Shown: positions 29,812-40,357 of the stretch, piece by piece
Layout of the letters: every line of letters starts with the position of its first letter
Position numbering within the stretch: the first letter of the stretch is position 1
Assembly: GCA_963745035.1 (NCBI GenBank)
Contig: CAVUVW010000010.1
Location: 140,632-204,631, forward strand
Reading direction: 5' to 3'
Source of the DNA: an uncultured delta proteobacterium
Lineage (GTDB): Bacteria; Desulfobacterota; Binatia; UBA9968
DNA: 64,000 bases
Translations under genes and position numbers: made by a program
The notes under the pieces: generated by a model
The model's input: only the letters and a program-made list of their open reading frames with translations
Databases searched by the model: none
Told to the model about the DNA's origin: nothing

Positions 29812-32800
29812 TTAGCGATTGGGTGTCTGCGATCGCTCCTGGGCCATGGCCTTGATTCGTCGCAAATCGACTTTTCCCGAGCCGAGGAGCGGCAGGGCTT
29901 CGACGACGTGGAGATTCTCGCGCTTGGGAATCCAGAGCTTGGGCAGATCGGAGCGATTCAGTTTGTCCCAAAGCTCGTCCCGGCTCATGCCGTTCTGCGC
30001 ATAGAATGCCACGAGTTTCTCGCCGCGCTGTTCGTCGGGCAGCGCGGTGACCGCGGCGGCGGGACTGCCGAGAACTTCGTTCATGGTTTCTTCGACCTTC
30101 ATGTGCGGCACCATCTCGCCGCCGATCTTGCTGAAACGCGAAATCCGATCGACGATGCGGATGAAGCCGTCGTCATCGACGGCGGCGATATCGCCGGTCA
30201 CGTACCAGCCGTGGCGCAGCGCCTGCTCGGTGAGCTGAGGCTGGCCGAGGTAGCCGAGCATCAGATTAGGCCCCTTCACGAGCAGCAGGCCTTCCTCGCC
30301 GGGCGGCAGCGGTCGCTCGCTGTCGCGGTCGACGACTTTGACCGCGACGCCGGGAATCGGATGGCCGACGGTTCCCGGCTTGTGGCCGATCTGTTTTTCC
30401 GCGCCGTCGAGCACGTCTTCGACGTTGACCGACACGACCGGCGCGAGCTCGGTGCAGCCGTAGCCTTCGAAGATGGTGATGCCGTATTTCTCTTGATAGC
30501 CCTTGGCCACCGGCTCGCGGAGCTTTTCGGCGCCGGCGATCACGTAACGCAGCGAGGCGAACTCTTCCTTGGTGCAGCGCCTGAGATAGCCGGCGAAGAA
30601 GGTCGAGGTGCTGATCAGCAAGGTGGCTTTGTATTTCTGCACGGTCTCGCCGATGGTCTTGGCGTCGGTGGGATTGGGATGATAGACGACGCCGAACTCC
30701 GCCAGGAGCGGCAGCCACAACGTGCCGGTGAACCCGAAGGAGTGAAACAGCGGCAGTACGCCCATGATACGATCGCTGGTTTTTAGCGCAATCGCTTGGT
30801 GGATGCCTTCGATATTGGCGACGATATTGTGGTGCGACAGCATCACGCCCTTGGGCGCGCCGGTGCTGCCGCTGGAAAAAATCACGGTCGCCAGGTCGCT
30901 CGCTTTTTGGCTTCTCCGGTGGCGGCGGCACAGCCAGGACGCGGGCAGTAAAAACGCTTTGAGAGCGGCGACTGCTTTTTGCGGCGACGAGAAGTCCTTG
31001 CGGAGCTCTTCGAGAAAAACCATGCCGGGGATATTTTCCAGACCGGCTTTGGACAAAAAGACGCGAGATGTGAGGATCGTCTCGATGCGGCACTGCTCGA
31101 TGGCCGAGGCCATCGCTTCGCGGCCGGCGGTAAAATTCAAATTCACCGGCACTTTGCCGGCGAGAAGGACGGCGATGTTTGCGAGCGCGCCGCCCACCGA
31201 GGCAGGCAGCAACACTCCCACCATCTGCTGTTGTCCGCAGCGCTTTTGGATCCAGCCGGACAACAAGAGGCTGCCGATCAGAGTCTTTCCGTAGCTCAGC
31301 TCGGTGCCGGTGGTGTCGGCCATACAAAAGGAAAACCAGCGCCGCTTCGCGCTTTCGATGAATCTCGTGTGCAGCAGATCGGCGGCGCTCGGACGATGGT
31401 CAAAGGCGTTGCTCTCGAGCACGGCAACGGCCCCCCGCACGTCCGCTGCGGTCGCATCGGAAGGAAGCGGCGATCCGAAGGAAACCGTGACGGGATCAAA
31501 CCAGCGCTTGGGCCATTTCCAAAAAAATTTCCCGTCCTTGAAGCTGAAGATGCTGCCCCACAATTGATCGAGGTGCACGGGGATGATCGGCACCGAGGTG
31601 CCTTCGACGATTTTTTCGAAGCCGCGTTTGAACGAGCGCAAACGGCCGTTTCGGCTGATCGCGCCTTCGGCGAAAATGCACACGACGTGGCCCTTGTCGA
31701 GCTCGTTGCGCGCGTGCTTGAGCGATTGCACGATATCGCGCCGATTGCTTGCCGACACCGGAATCGCGTGCATCAGGCGAAAAAGCCAGTTCAAGAATTT
31801 GATGTCGTAATAGTCGCGGTGCAGCATGAAGCGCACCAGCCGCGGCAGCGATCCACCGATCATGAACGCGTCGACGAAAGAAACGTGATTCGAAACCAGT
31901 AGCGCGGGGCCCTGGAGCGGCAGATTTTCCGCGCCGACGACCTTGATACGATACACCGTGTGCGTGAACAGCCAGAGGATCAGCCGGACGAAATAATCGG
32001 GGAGAAAATAGAGAATCGCCAGGGTGCCGGCCAAGGTCACCAAACCGGTCAGCAAAATGATCGTTTCCGGCGTGAAATCCAGCGGCGTCTTGAACAGCCA
32101 GTGGACCGCGGCGGCGAGCACGATGCCGAGGGTGTTCATGAAATTGTTGGTGGCGATCAATTGGCCTTTTTCCTCGCGTCCGGCTTTTTGCTGGAGAAAG
32201 GCGTTGAGCGGCACGGCGAATAGTCCCGCCGAGAAGCCGAGGCCGACGAGCGCGGCGGCGGTGTGCGCATAGGACGGCGCCGAGAGCGCCACCAAGCCGA
32301 GACAGATGCCCATGGCCACGGAGCCCAGCGGCACCAATCCCATTTCGATATGATCGCCGGACAGCCGTCCGGCGGCGAGGCTGCCCAAGCCGATGCCGAC
32401 CGCCAGGAACGTGCCGAGCAAGCCGATGTGAAACTCATCGAGTCCGAGCAGTTCCTTGCCGAAGAACAGCATATTGATCTGTACCAGCGCGCCGAGAAAC
32501 CAGAAATAAGAAATGCCGATCACGGTCAGCCAGAGAGGGCGATCGCGGCGCAGGCGGCGCAGGCCGTCGACGATTTCGCCGAACGGATTCAGCCGGAAGA
32601 GCTTCGCCGCGCCCGACGGCGCCACCCGGGCGATGCCCTGGCTGGTGAATACTCCTAGAATCGCAATGACCAGCATCAACAAACCGATCAACGGCAGGTT
32701 GTGCTTCCAAAGCGCAAAGATCGCGCTGCCCATGGACGTGCCGAGGATGATCGCCATGAACGTGCTCATCTCCAGGAGGCCGTTGCCGCGTGAGAGGTCC

Positions 32801-33213
32801 TTGTCGGGAAGCATCTCCGGTAAAATCCCGTACTTGGCGGGACTGAAAAACGCCGCGTGGAGGCCCATGAGAAACACCAGCACGAGCATGGACTCGAGAT
32901 GGCCGATATAAAATGCAGCGATCGCCAAAACCATGATCACGACTTCGAAAAATTTGACCGCGACCAGAATCGTCCGCTTGCTGTACACGTCGGCCAGATG
33001 GCCGGCGTAGCCGGAAACCAGCGCTGAGGGCAGAATGAACAAGAAAGCGATGATCTCGACGTAGCCGGGACCGCCGTGCACCGCGAGATTCAACGCGACG
33101 AAGGAAACGACGATCTTTAGGAAATTGTCGTTGAAAGCGCCGAGAAACTGCGTCCAGAAAAACGAGAAAAAACCAGGTTGTCTCAGGGTGTCGCTATATT
33201 TGCCGTTGCTCAT
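29812..33213 (-). CDS. aas: Aas-type MFS-acyltransferase-acyl-ACP synthetase fusion
   Basis: 'TQFLGAFNDN' MFS domain, 'NHVSFVD'/'IFAEG' PlsC domain, 'FSSGSTGAPKG'/'EGYGCTE' AMP-binding domain. Confidence 0.93.
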   Translation of the reverse strand: MSNGKYSDTLRQPGFFSFFWTQFLGAFNDNFLKIVVSFVALNLAVHGGPGYVEIIAFLFILPSALVSGYAGHLADVYSKRTILVAVKFFEVVIMVLAIAAFYIGHLESMLVLVFLMGLHAAFFSPAKYGILPEMLPDKDLSRGNGLLEMSTFMAIILGTSMGSAIFALWKHNLPLIGLLMLVIAILGVFTSQGIARVAPSGAAKLFRLNPFGEIVDGLRRLRRDRPLWLTVIGISYFWFLGALVQINMLFFGKELLGLDEFHIGLLGTFLAVGIGLGSLAAGRLSGDHIEMGLVPLGSVAMGICLGLVALSAPSYAHTAAALVGLGFSAGLFAVPLNAFLQQKAGREEKGQLIATNNFMNTLGIVLAAAVHWLFKTPLDFTPETIILLTGLVTLAGTLAILYFLPDYFVRLILWLFTHTVYRIKVVGAENLPLQGPALLVSNHVSFVDAFMIGGSLPRLVRFMLHRDYYDIKFLNWLFRLMHAIPVSASNRRDIVQSLKHARNELDKGHVVCIFAEGAISRNGRLRSFKRGFEKIVEGTSVPIIPVHLDQLWGSIFSFKDGKFFWKWPKRWFDPVTVSFGSPLPSDATAADVRGAVAVLESNAFDHRPSAADLLHTRFIESAKRRWFSFCMADTTGTELSYGKTLIGSLLLSGWIQKRCGQQQMVGVLLPASVGGALANIAVLLAGKVPVNLNFTAGREAMASAIEQCRIETILTSRVFLSKAGLENIPGMVFLEELRKDFSSPQKAVAALKAFLLPASWLCRRHRRSQKASDLATVIFSSGSTGAPKGVMLSHHNIVANIEGIHQAIALKTSDRIMGVLPLFHSFGFTGTLWLPLLAEFGVVYHPNPTDAKTIGETVQKYKATLLISTSTFFAGYLRRCTKEEFASLRYVIAGAEKLREPVAKGYQEKYGITIFEGYGCTELAPVVSVNVEDVLDGAEKQIGHKPGTVGHPIPGVAVKVVDRDSERPLPPGEEGLLLVKGPNLMLGYLGQPQLTEQALRHGWYVTGDIAAVDDDGFIRIVDRISRFSKIGGEMVPHMKVEETMNEVLGSPAAAVTALPDEQRGEKLVAFYAQNGMSRDELWDKLNRSDLPKLWIPKRENLHVVEALPLLGSGKVDLRRIKAMAQERSQTPNR

Positions 33214-33347
33214 AAAAATTCGCCGTAGAAGTCCCCTATTTGTTTCATTAAAAGGGGATTTAATTCAAGACTTTTTCCCGTCCGGCCGGTTGAGCGTGTA
33301 TCCGTGATTCTCTTGCAACCCGCAACGGACATCCACATAATCGGCGC

Positions 33348-34130
33348 ATGGAAATCACATGGTATCAGGTTCCCCGGTGGCAAGGATATCACGGTTTGCT
33401 GCACGGCTTTGCCGGCCGCGGGGGCGGAAAAAGCGCCGGGCCTTATGCCGGATTGAACACTTCGTATCGCGTCGGGGACGACCCGAAGATCGTCAGCCAG
33501 AACGTCTGCGATTTGAAGCTCGCCGCCGGCATTCACGACGGCAGGATCGTCACCATGCGCCAGGTCCACGGCGACGATATCGTCGAAGTCAAGGACAAAA
33601 AGCTCAAAGAAGCCGGCGAGGCCGACGGGATGATCACCGCCGAGCAGGATATTTTTCTTGCCGTGCTCACCGCCGATTGCGTGCCCATGCTGTTCGTTGC
33701 GCCGAAGCAGAGACTCGCCGCCGCCGTGCACGCCGGCTGGCGCGGCACCTTGGCGGGGATCGCGGAGAAGACCGTGCGGCTATTTCAAACGGAGCGCGGC
33801 ATCGAGCCGGCGGATTTGGAAGTCGCGCTCGGCCCCTCCATCGGTTCGTGCTGCTACGAAGTCAAAGACGATGTTGCCGGCCCGCTGATGAAAAGATGGG
33901 GCAAGCTGACGACGCCGAGCGTCTTTGTCCGGGAAGGCAAGTCCTATATCGATTTGCGACGCCTCAATCGGGACATTCTCCGCGCCGCCGGCGTGCCCGG
34001 AAGCCAGCTCTTTCAAGTGGGGCCGTGCACCCGCTGCGCCGCGGAAGAATTCTTCTCTTACCGCCGCGCGGGCGGCGAAACCGGCAGGCAGATGAGCCTG
34101 GTCGGTTGGCTGCCTGCCGCGTCGACTTAA
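33348..34130 (+). CDS. pgeF: PgeF/YfiH-family protein
   Basis: 'QVHG', 'LTADCVP', 'HAGWRG', 'GPSIG..CYEV', 'FFSYRR'. Confidence 0.93.
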   Translation: MEITWYQVPRWQGYHGLLHGFAGRGGGKSAGPYAGLNTSYRVGDDPKIVSQNVCDLKLAAGIHDGRIVTMRQVHGDDIVEVKDKKLKEAGEADGMITAEQDIFLAVLTADCVPMLFVAPKQRLAAAVHAGWRGTLAGIAEKTVRLFQTERGIEPADLEVALGPSIGSCCYEVKDDVAGPLMKRWGKLTTPSVFVREGKSYIDLRRLNRDILRAAGVPGSQLFQVGPCTRCAAEEFFSYRRAGGETGRQMSLVGWLPAAST

Positions 34131-34311
34131 GGTCGCGGGCGCCGCTCCGGATGCCAAATGTATTGCGAGCCGGTGAAAGCAAACCGGGACATTTCGGCCG
34201 AGCGTCTTTTCTTCTCGCGACAGTTGTATTAAGTAGGGTGCGCAAAGTCAGGATCTGCTTCGACGCTGAAGCAGAGCCGGTTGCATGAAGATTCGTTGCG
34301 GAGGCGAGGCA

Positions 34312-35275
34312 ATGAGAATCCATCGGGGGAGTTTTTTTATCTGGTTTGTCGTCGGCGTGGCGGTGCTGCCGCTGGCGCGCGAGGTGAGTTGGGCGCAGGC
34401 GAAAAGCAAGCTCGGCTACATGAAGATCGTCGACAACGCGGCGCTGTTTGTGGCGATGGAAAAGGGCTTCTTCAAGGCCGAAGGGTTGGAGATCGAAACC
34501 CTGCCGCTGGCGGGTGGCGCGCCGATCATCAACGGCGTGGTCTCGGGCGATCTGCAGTTCGGCTGGACCAACGTGATCTCGCTGTATCAGGCGCGCACGG
34601 AAGGGTTCGATTTCAAGCTCGTCGCCGGCGGCGCCACCAATGTGAAGGCGAAGAACGAGAGCCATGCCATCCAGGTCGCAAAGGCCTCGCCGATCAAGAC
34701 CGCCAAAGATCTGGAAGGCAAGACGGTGGCGGTAAATACGCTCAACAACATCGTCCATCTGATGGCGATGGCCTGGATCGATAAGAATGGCGGCAGCTCG
34801 ACCAAGGTGAAGTTCGTCGAGGTGCCGTTCCCGCAGATGGAAGCGACGTTGAGCGCCGGCAAAGTCGACGCGATCAGCGTTCACGAGCCCTTTGCCACCG
34901 CGGCGCTGGAGAAGGGCGGCGCCCGCGTGCTGGCGCAGCCGTGGGGCGAGGTGTTGCCCAAGTTTCTGATCGCGAGTTGGTTTGCTTCGGAAAAGTGGCT
35001 GGCGAAGAACAAGGAAACCGGCCAGGCGTTCGTGCGCGCCATCGGCCGCGGCATCGACGCGATCCAAGCCGATCCCGGAGGGGAGCCGCGCGGCGATGAT
35101 CAAGTGGGCGGGGTTGAATCCCGAGCTCGCCGGCAAGATCGGCTTGCCGGTGTTCGAGAAAGGCGTTTCGGAAAAGGATCTTCAAGCGACTATCGATCTC
35201 ACCCTCAAGTACAAGCTGATCCCGAAAGCGTTCAAGGCGCGGGAAGTGATCAGCGACCTCGCGCCGAAAAGTTAG
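34312..35275 (+). CDS. ABC substrate-binding protein, NMT1/SsuA family (indel near 35082)
   Basis: 'EKGFFKAEGL', 'DLEGKTVAV', 'GKVDA..EPF'. Confidence 0.88.
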
Positions 35276-35277
35276 GA

Positions 35278-35356
35278 TTGGAGTAACGGAGTATTGGAAT
35301 GGTGGAGTAATGATCTCTTGATCCAGCACCCCAATACTCCATCACTCCATCACCCC
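35278..35356. repeat. Palindromic octamer-repeat element (TGGAGTAA/TTACTCCA family)
   Basis: TTGGAGTAACGGAGTATTGGAATGGTGGAGTAATG ... CCAATACTCCATCACTCCATCACCCC. Confidence 0.8.
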
Positions 35357-35368
35357 GTTCTCTCTTCC

Positions 35369-36148
35369 GTGGCCATTCTTGAAGTTCAAGAATCTCGCGA
35401 AGAGCTACCGGCAAGCGGGCGGCGAAACTACCGCGGCGATAGGCAATATTTCCTGCCGCGTGGAACGGGGTGAATTCGTTTCCTTCGTTGGACCCTCCGG
35501 CTGCGGCAAAACCACACTGCTCATGACGATCGCGGGCCTGTTGGCGCCGAGCGACGGCCGAGTGGTGGTCAACGGCAAAGTGGTCAACGGTCCTCCCGCC
35601 GATCTGGTCCTGTTATTTCAGGAGTACAACAAATCTTTATTTGCCTGGCGCACCGTGCTCGGCAATGTCCGCTTCGGTCTGGAAGCGCGCGGCGATCATT
35701 CGCCTGATACCGCGAGCCGGGCGCGCGCGCTGATCGAGCTGGTCGGGCTCGCGCGGTTTTGAAGCTCATTATCCGTGGGAGCTTTCCGGCGGCATGCAGC
35801 AGCGGGTGGCGATCGCCCGCGCGCTCGCCTACGCGCCGGAAGTCTTGCTGATGGATGAACCTTTCGGCTCGCTCGATGCGCTGACGCGGCTGGAGCTGGA
35901 AGACACCTTGTTGCGGCTTTGGGCCGAGCTCAAGACCACCATCGTGTTCATCACCCACGATATCGAGGAAGCGATTTATCTCTCGGACCGGATCTGGGTG
36001 TTGAGCCGAAGGCCGTCCGCAGATTATCGAAGAATTGCCGGTCGCGCTTTCCCGGCCGCGCGATCAGGTGGCCACCCGCGCCGAAGCGCGCTTCATGGAA
36101 CTGAGAAATCACATTTACCGCAGGATCAGTAATCCGGCTACGGCGTGA
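35369..36148 (+). CDS. ABC transporter ATP-binding protein (TauB/SsuB-like; several indels)
   Basis: 'GPSGCGKTT', 'LSGGMQQR', 'LLMDEPF', 'THDIEEA'. Confidence 0.9.
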
Positions 36149-36926
36149 ACCGGCTGAAAAACGTCAACATGACCCGGCTGGTCGAGCTTCGCGCTCGTGC
36201 TGCTCCTCGTGGGAGCTCGGCGCGCGCGTCGCGCCGGCTTACCGGCTCTACCTGCCGCCGATCAGCGAGGTGCTGGCCGCGCTGGGTCGCGTGCTGTTCG
36301 ACGGCCCGGTGGCCGGCCATCTGCTGGTTACCTTGGAAAGATTTGCCGCCGGCTATTTGATTGCCGCGGCGCTCGGCGTGTCGCTCGGCGTTGCGCTCGG
36401 CTATTTTCCGTCCTGGCACCGGCTGTTCGGCACCGTGATCGAGTTTTTGCGCCCCATGCCGTCGGTGGCGATCATTCCGGTGGCGATTTTGCTGCTCGGC
36501 ATCGGCGACGCCATGATCGTCGCGGTGACGGCGTACGCGAGCGTCTGGTCGATTCTCGTCAACACCATCGACGGCGTCCGAAATATCGAAACCACGCTCG
36601 TCGCCACCGGCCGAACCTTCGGGCTCAGCCTGCGCGCGATCTTGTGGCGCATTATTCTCCCCGCCGCTTCGCCCTACATCGTCACCGGCTTGCGCATCGC
36701 GCTGTCGATCGCGCTGATTCTGGTGACGACCGCCGAAATGGTCGCCGGGAGCAAGGGCCTCGGCTTTTTTATTCTCGACGAGGAGCGCTCGATGAACAGC
36801 CGCAACATGTACGCCGGCATTATCCTCGTGGCGGCGTTCGGGTACGCGCTCAATCGGCTGTTTCTGGCCCTGGAAGGGCGTGTGATGAGATGGCGCCACG
36901 GCATGATGGCGCGGGAGATCGCGTAA
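36145..36926 (+). CDS. ABC transporter permease 1 (indels at the 5' end)
   Basis: 'EFLRPMP', 'ILPAASP', 'AEMV..SKGLG'. Confidence 0.87.
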
Positions 36927-36929
36927 GAA

Positions 36930-37703
36930 ATGTCACGCGCGGAAGCTCAGTGGCCCGTTATTTCTCCTCTGTCTCCTGATCCTCTGGGAAGCCGCGGCGC
37001 GCGCCGAGCTGACCAATCCGCTGCTTGTGCCGCCGGTGAGCCGGATTCTGACGATTTTCTGGGAGGCGGTTTCTTCAGGTCAGATTCCCATGCAAATTCT
37101 TCTCAGCATGAAGCGCGCGGCGGCGGGCTACCTGCTTGCCGCCGCGGTGTTCATTCCCTTGGGCATTTTCATGGGGTTGTCGCGGCGTGCCCACCGCGCC
37201 CTGGAAGTGATCGTCGAAATGCTGCGGCCGGTGCCGCCGCCGGCGATGATTCCCGTGGCGCTGCTGTTCTTCGGATTGGAAGACGAAATGAAGATCTTTG
37301 TGATCTTTTTTTCCTGCGCTTGGCCGATTCTGCTCAACACCATCGACGGCGTGCGCAGCATCGACTGCGGTGCTTTGGAATACGGCAAAAACATTCTCGT
37401 TTGTCGCGCGGTCAGACGATCTGGCGCGTCATCCTGCCCGCCGCATCGCCGCAGATCATGACCGGTTTGCGCGTGAGCCTGCCGATCATGTTGATTCTCG
37501 TCGTGATCTCGGAAATGGTCGGCAGCACCGATGGCATCGGCTACTTCATTCTCGACTCGCAGCGCAGATTCCGGGTCGCGCAGATGTACGCGGGCATGCT
37601 GGCGCTCGCGCTATTGGGTTATGCGCTCAATCAGCTTTTCAATCTACTGCACCGCCGGTTGCTGTGGTGGCACTGGGGGATGATGCGAAGAGAGCTGGAG
37701 TAA
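36930..37703 (+). CDS. ABC transporter permease 2 (indels)
   Basis: 'LRPVPP', 'WPILLNT', 'ILPAASPQIMTGLR', 'SEMVGSTDGIG'. Confidence 0.87.
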   Translation: MSRAEAQWPVISPLSPDPLGSRGARRADQSAACAAGEPDSDDFLGGGFFRSDSHANSSQHEARGGGLPACRRGVHSLGHFHGVVAACPPRPGSDRRNAAAGAAAGDDSRGAAVLRIGRRNEDLCDLFFLRLADSAQHHRRRAQHRLRCFGIRQKHSRLSRGQTIWRVILPAASPQIMTGLRVSLPIMLILVVISEMVGSTDGIGYFILDSQRRFRVAQMYAGMLALALLGYALNQLFNLLHRRLLWWHWGMMRRELE

Positions 37704-37760
37704 TGGAGTGTTGGAGTATTGGGGTTTGAATCCCATCACTCCATTACTCCAGACACTCCA
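37696..37760. repeat. Palindromic octamer-repeat element (TGGAGTAA family)
   Basis: TGGAGTAATGGAGTGTTGGAGTATTGG ... CCATCACTCCATTACTCCAGACACTCCA; supplies the permease TAA stop. Confidence 0.8.
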
Positions 37761-37765
37761 GTCTT

Positions 37766-38679
37766 CTAGACGATATGCATGCCGCCGCCGGGCGGGGGAG
37801 TCGGTTGGTTTTTGCCGGGGAGCCACTCGACCTCTTTGCGCGGGCTGTTGCCTTTTACGGCAAATTTGGCGCGGCCCATGTTCGCGAACTCGATCTCGAT
37901 CGTATCGCCTGAATTCACCGGCTTGAGGCCTTCGTGAAAGGTGCCGGTGGCGACGATGTCGCCGGGATTGAGCCGGACGAAGCGCGAGTCAGCCAGGCAA
38001 TCTGATTGGGAATCTTGTGCGCCATGGCGCCGGTGTTGTAGTTCTGTCTGGGCTCGCCGTTGGTCCATGATTTTACGTTGACGTTGTGCGGATCGGGGAT
38101 CTCATCCTTGGTGATGATCCACGGCCCGCAGCAGCCGTGGGAATCCTGGCCCTTGGGGACAAACTGCGTGCGCCGCACCATGCCGCGCGTGGAGATATCG
38201 AAGAACGGCACGTAGCCGAACACATAATCCAGCGCCTTATTCTCCGGCACATCTTTGGTGGCTTTGCCCATGACGAAGGCGAATTCCGCCTCGGGTTGAT
38301 AGACCACGCTGGCGGGGATGTCGCGCAATTCGACCGCGCCGTCCGGTCCGACCAGATCGGTGGATTTGTAGAAATACTCGTTGGGAAAATTGTCCGCGGT
38401 CCGTTCCGGGCGATCGATATAGTTACTGAAGGCGGCGATGCACTTGCTCGGACGCGGCAGCGGGCAGCGCAGTTGGACGCCGTCCAGCGGCACGCCGCTT
38501 TGTTCCGCCACGATTTTCTCAAACCGGCGGCGATATTTGCGCCAGCCTTCGATGATTTCTTCGATGACCCGCTGCGGCCCTTTGGCTTTGCGCGCGCTGA
38601 CGCTGTCGCTCACGTCGACGACCATGTTGCCGTCTTTGATCACGCCGATTCGGTCATCGTTGAATCGAAGAATCTTCAA
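37766..38679 (-). CDS. Fumarylacetoacetate hydrolase-family protein (indel near 37985)
   Basis: 'PEAEFAFVMG', 'DISTR', 'GPWIITKDE', 'LNPGDIVATGT'; TTG start with AGGAG RBS. Confidence 0.88.
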
Positions 38680-38824
38680 AGTGAACTCCTCCCTCGCGAA
38701 AATTGCGCTATCATTCCTACAAGCCGCCGGTAATGTCAAATCAGATCCGGCGCGCGTGGCGAGCTGATCGCCGCGCGCTTTGCAAACAATCCGGTTTGAT
38801 GTAAGCCAATGCCAGGAGGAGCGC

Positions 38825-39914
38825 ATGCTGCTGATCAATAACCTCGAAGTGGAAAAGTTGTTGTCCATGAAAGCCTGTCTGGAAGCGCTTGAAGAGGCCT
38901 ACGCCGATCTGCTGAAAGGCGACGCCGTGTATCGGCCGCGGCTGGATCTTTGGATGCCCTGCGATCGGCCGGACGGCTACTGGCGCTGGGGCACCATGGA
39001 AGGCGCGAGCCGCAAGATCGGCGTCTTCGCCATCCGCATGAAGTCCGACGTGGTATATTGGCCCAACGGCGATACCGAAGAAAAATACTGCATGCAGCCG
39101 GGCACGTGGTGCGGCCTGGTGATGGTCTTCAGCGTGCGCAACGGCGAGCCGTTGGCGATCATCAACGACGGTTTGATCCAGCACATGCGCGTCGGTGCTT
39201 GCGCCGGATTGGGCGCCAAGTATCTTGCACGCGACGATTCGTGCGATGTCGGCATTTTCGGCTCCGGCGGCATGGCGCGCAGTTATCTCGAGGCGTTTTA
39301 CGAAGTGCGCAAGCTCCGGCGCGCGCGGGTCTACAGTCCAACCAAGGCCAACCGCGAGCGCTTCGCCCGGGAGATGACCGGCAAATTGGACATCGAGGTG
39401 TTGGCGGTGGACGCAGCCGGAGAAAGTCGTGCGCGAAGCCGATATCGTCGCGACCTGCACGGATTCGACGCGGACGGTGTTCGACGAGCCGGAGTGGCTC
39501 AAGGAAGGCGCGCATATCACCTGCGTGCGCGCCTGCGAAGTCGGACCCAAAGTCGTCAAGCAATGCGATCTTTCCGTCAAGCTCGGCAAGAACACCATCG
39601 AGGCGATGGACGAAGGCATGATCCGCCTGCATGGCAATGTCGGCTACATCGCCGGCCAGCCGGAGGAGCGCGCACGCATTCCCAACCCCACGGTGGACAA
39701 CTACCGGGGCGACTACTTCAAATACTTCATGGATGTGAGAAGCGGCAAAGTTCCGGGACGCACCAGTGACAAGCAAGTCACATTTTTTATCAACGCCGGC
39801 ACCCAGGGACTGCAATTCGCCGCCTGTGCCGGCAAAGTCGTGCAGCTGGCGAAACAGCAAAAGGTCGGACGCGAGCTGCCGACCGAGTGGTTTTTGCAGG
39901 ATATAAGGGATTAG
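38825..39914 (+). CDS. Ornithine cyclodeaminase/mu-crystallin family protein (indel near 39420)
   Basis: 'GEPLAII', 'MRVGA', 'GSGGMA', 'ADIVATCT', 'GLQFAA'. Confidence 0.88.
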
Positions 39915-39968
39915 TTTCTAGTTGAGTCTCGTTGGCCGTCCGGCCGCTGGCCTGTAAACCAGAAACTC

Positions 39969-40337
39969 TTAGTAGCCGAGATCTTCGACCTCTTCCTCGT
40001 CCATGCCGAAGTAGTGAGCGATTTCGTGCAACACGGTGATGCGGATCTCCTCGCGCAACTCCTCGGGCTCGGGAAAATCTTCCAGCAGCGGCGCGGCGAA
40101 GATCGTGATCTTGTCGGGCAACAGCGGCGGATCGAGGCTCGAGCGATCGGGCAGCGGAATGCCCTGGTAAATGCCGTAGAGGGTGTCGCTGCGCGGATCG
40201 AGGCCTTCGGCGCGCAGCAGCTCCGCGGACGGCCGCTCCTCGACGACGAACTCCACGTTGCGCAATTGGGCGCGGAAGCGGCGCGGCAGCCGGTCGAGCA
40301 CCGCGGCCACTTCCTTTCTGATCTGATCGTGATTCAA
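39969..40337 (-). CDS. Zincin-like metallopeptidase (DUF1025)
   Basis: 'LYGIYQGIP', 'PDKITIF', 'VLHEIAHYFG'. Confidence 0.9.
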   Translation of the reverse strand: MNHDQIRKEVAAVLDRLPRRFRAQLRNVEFVVEERPSAELLRAEGLDPRSDTLYGIYQGIPLPDRSSLDPPLLPDKITIFAAPLLEDFPEPEELREEIRITVLHEIAHYFGMDEEEVEDLGY

Positions 40338-40357
40338 CGCTGACGAGTCTCGCGCAA

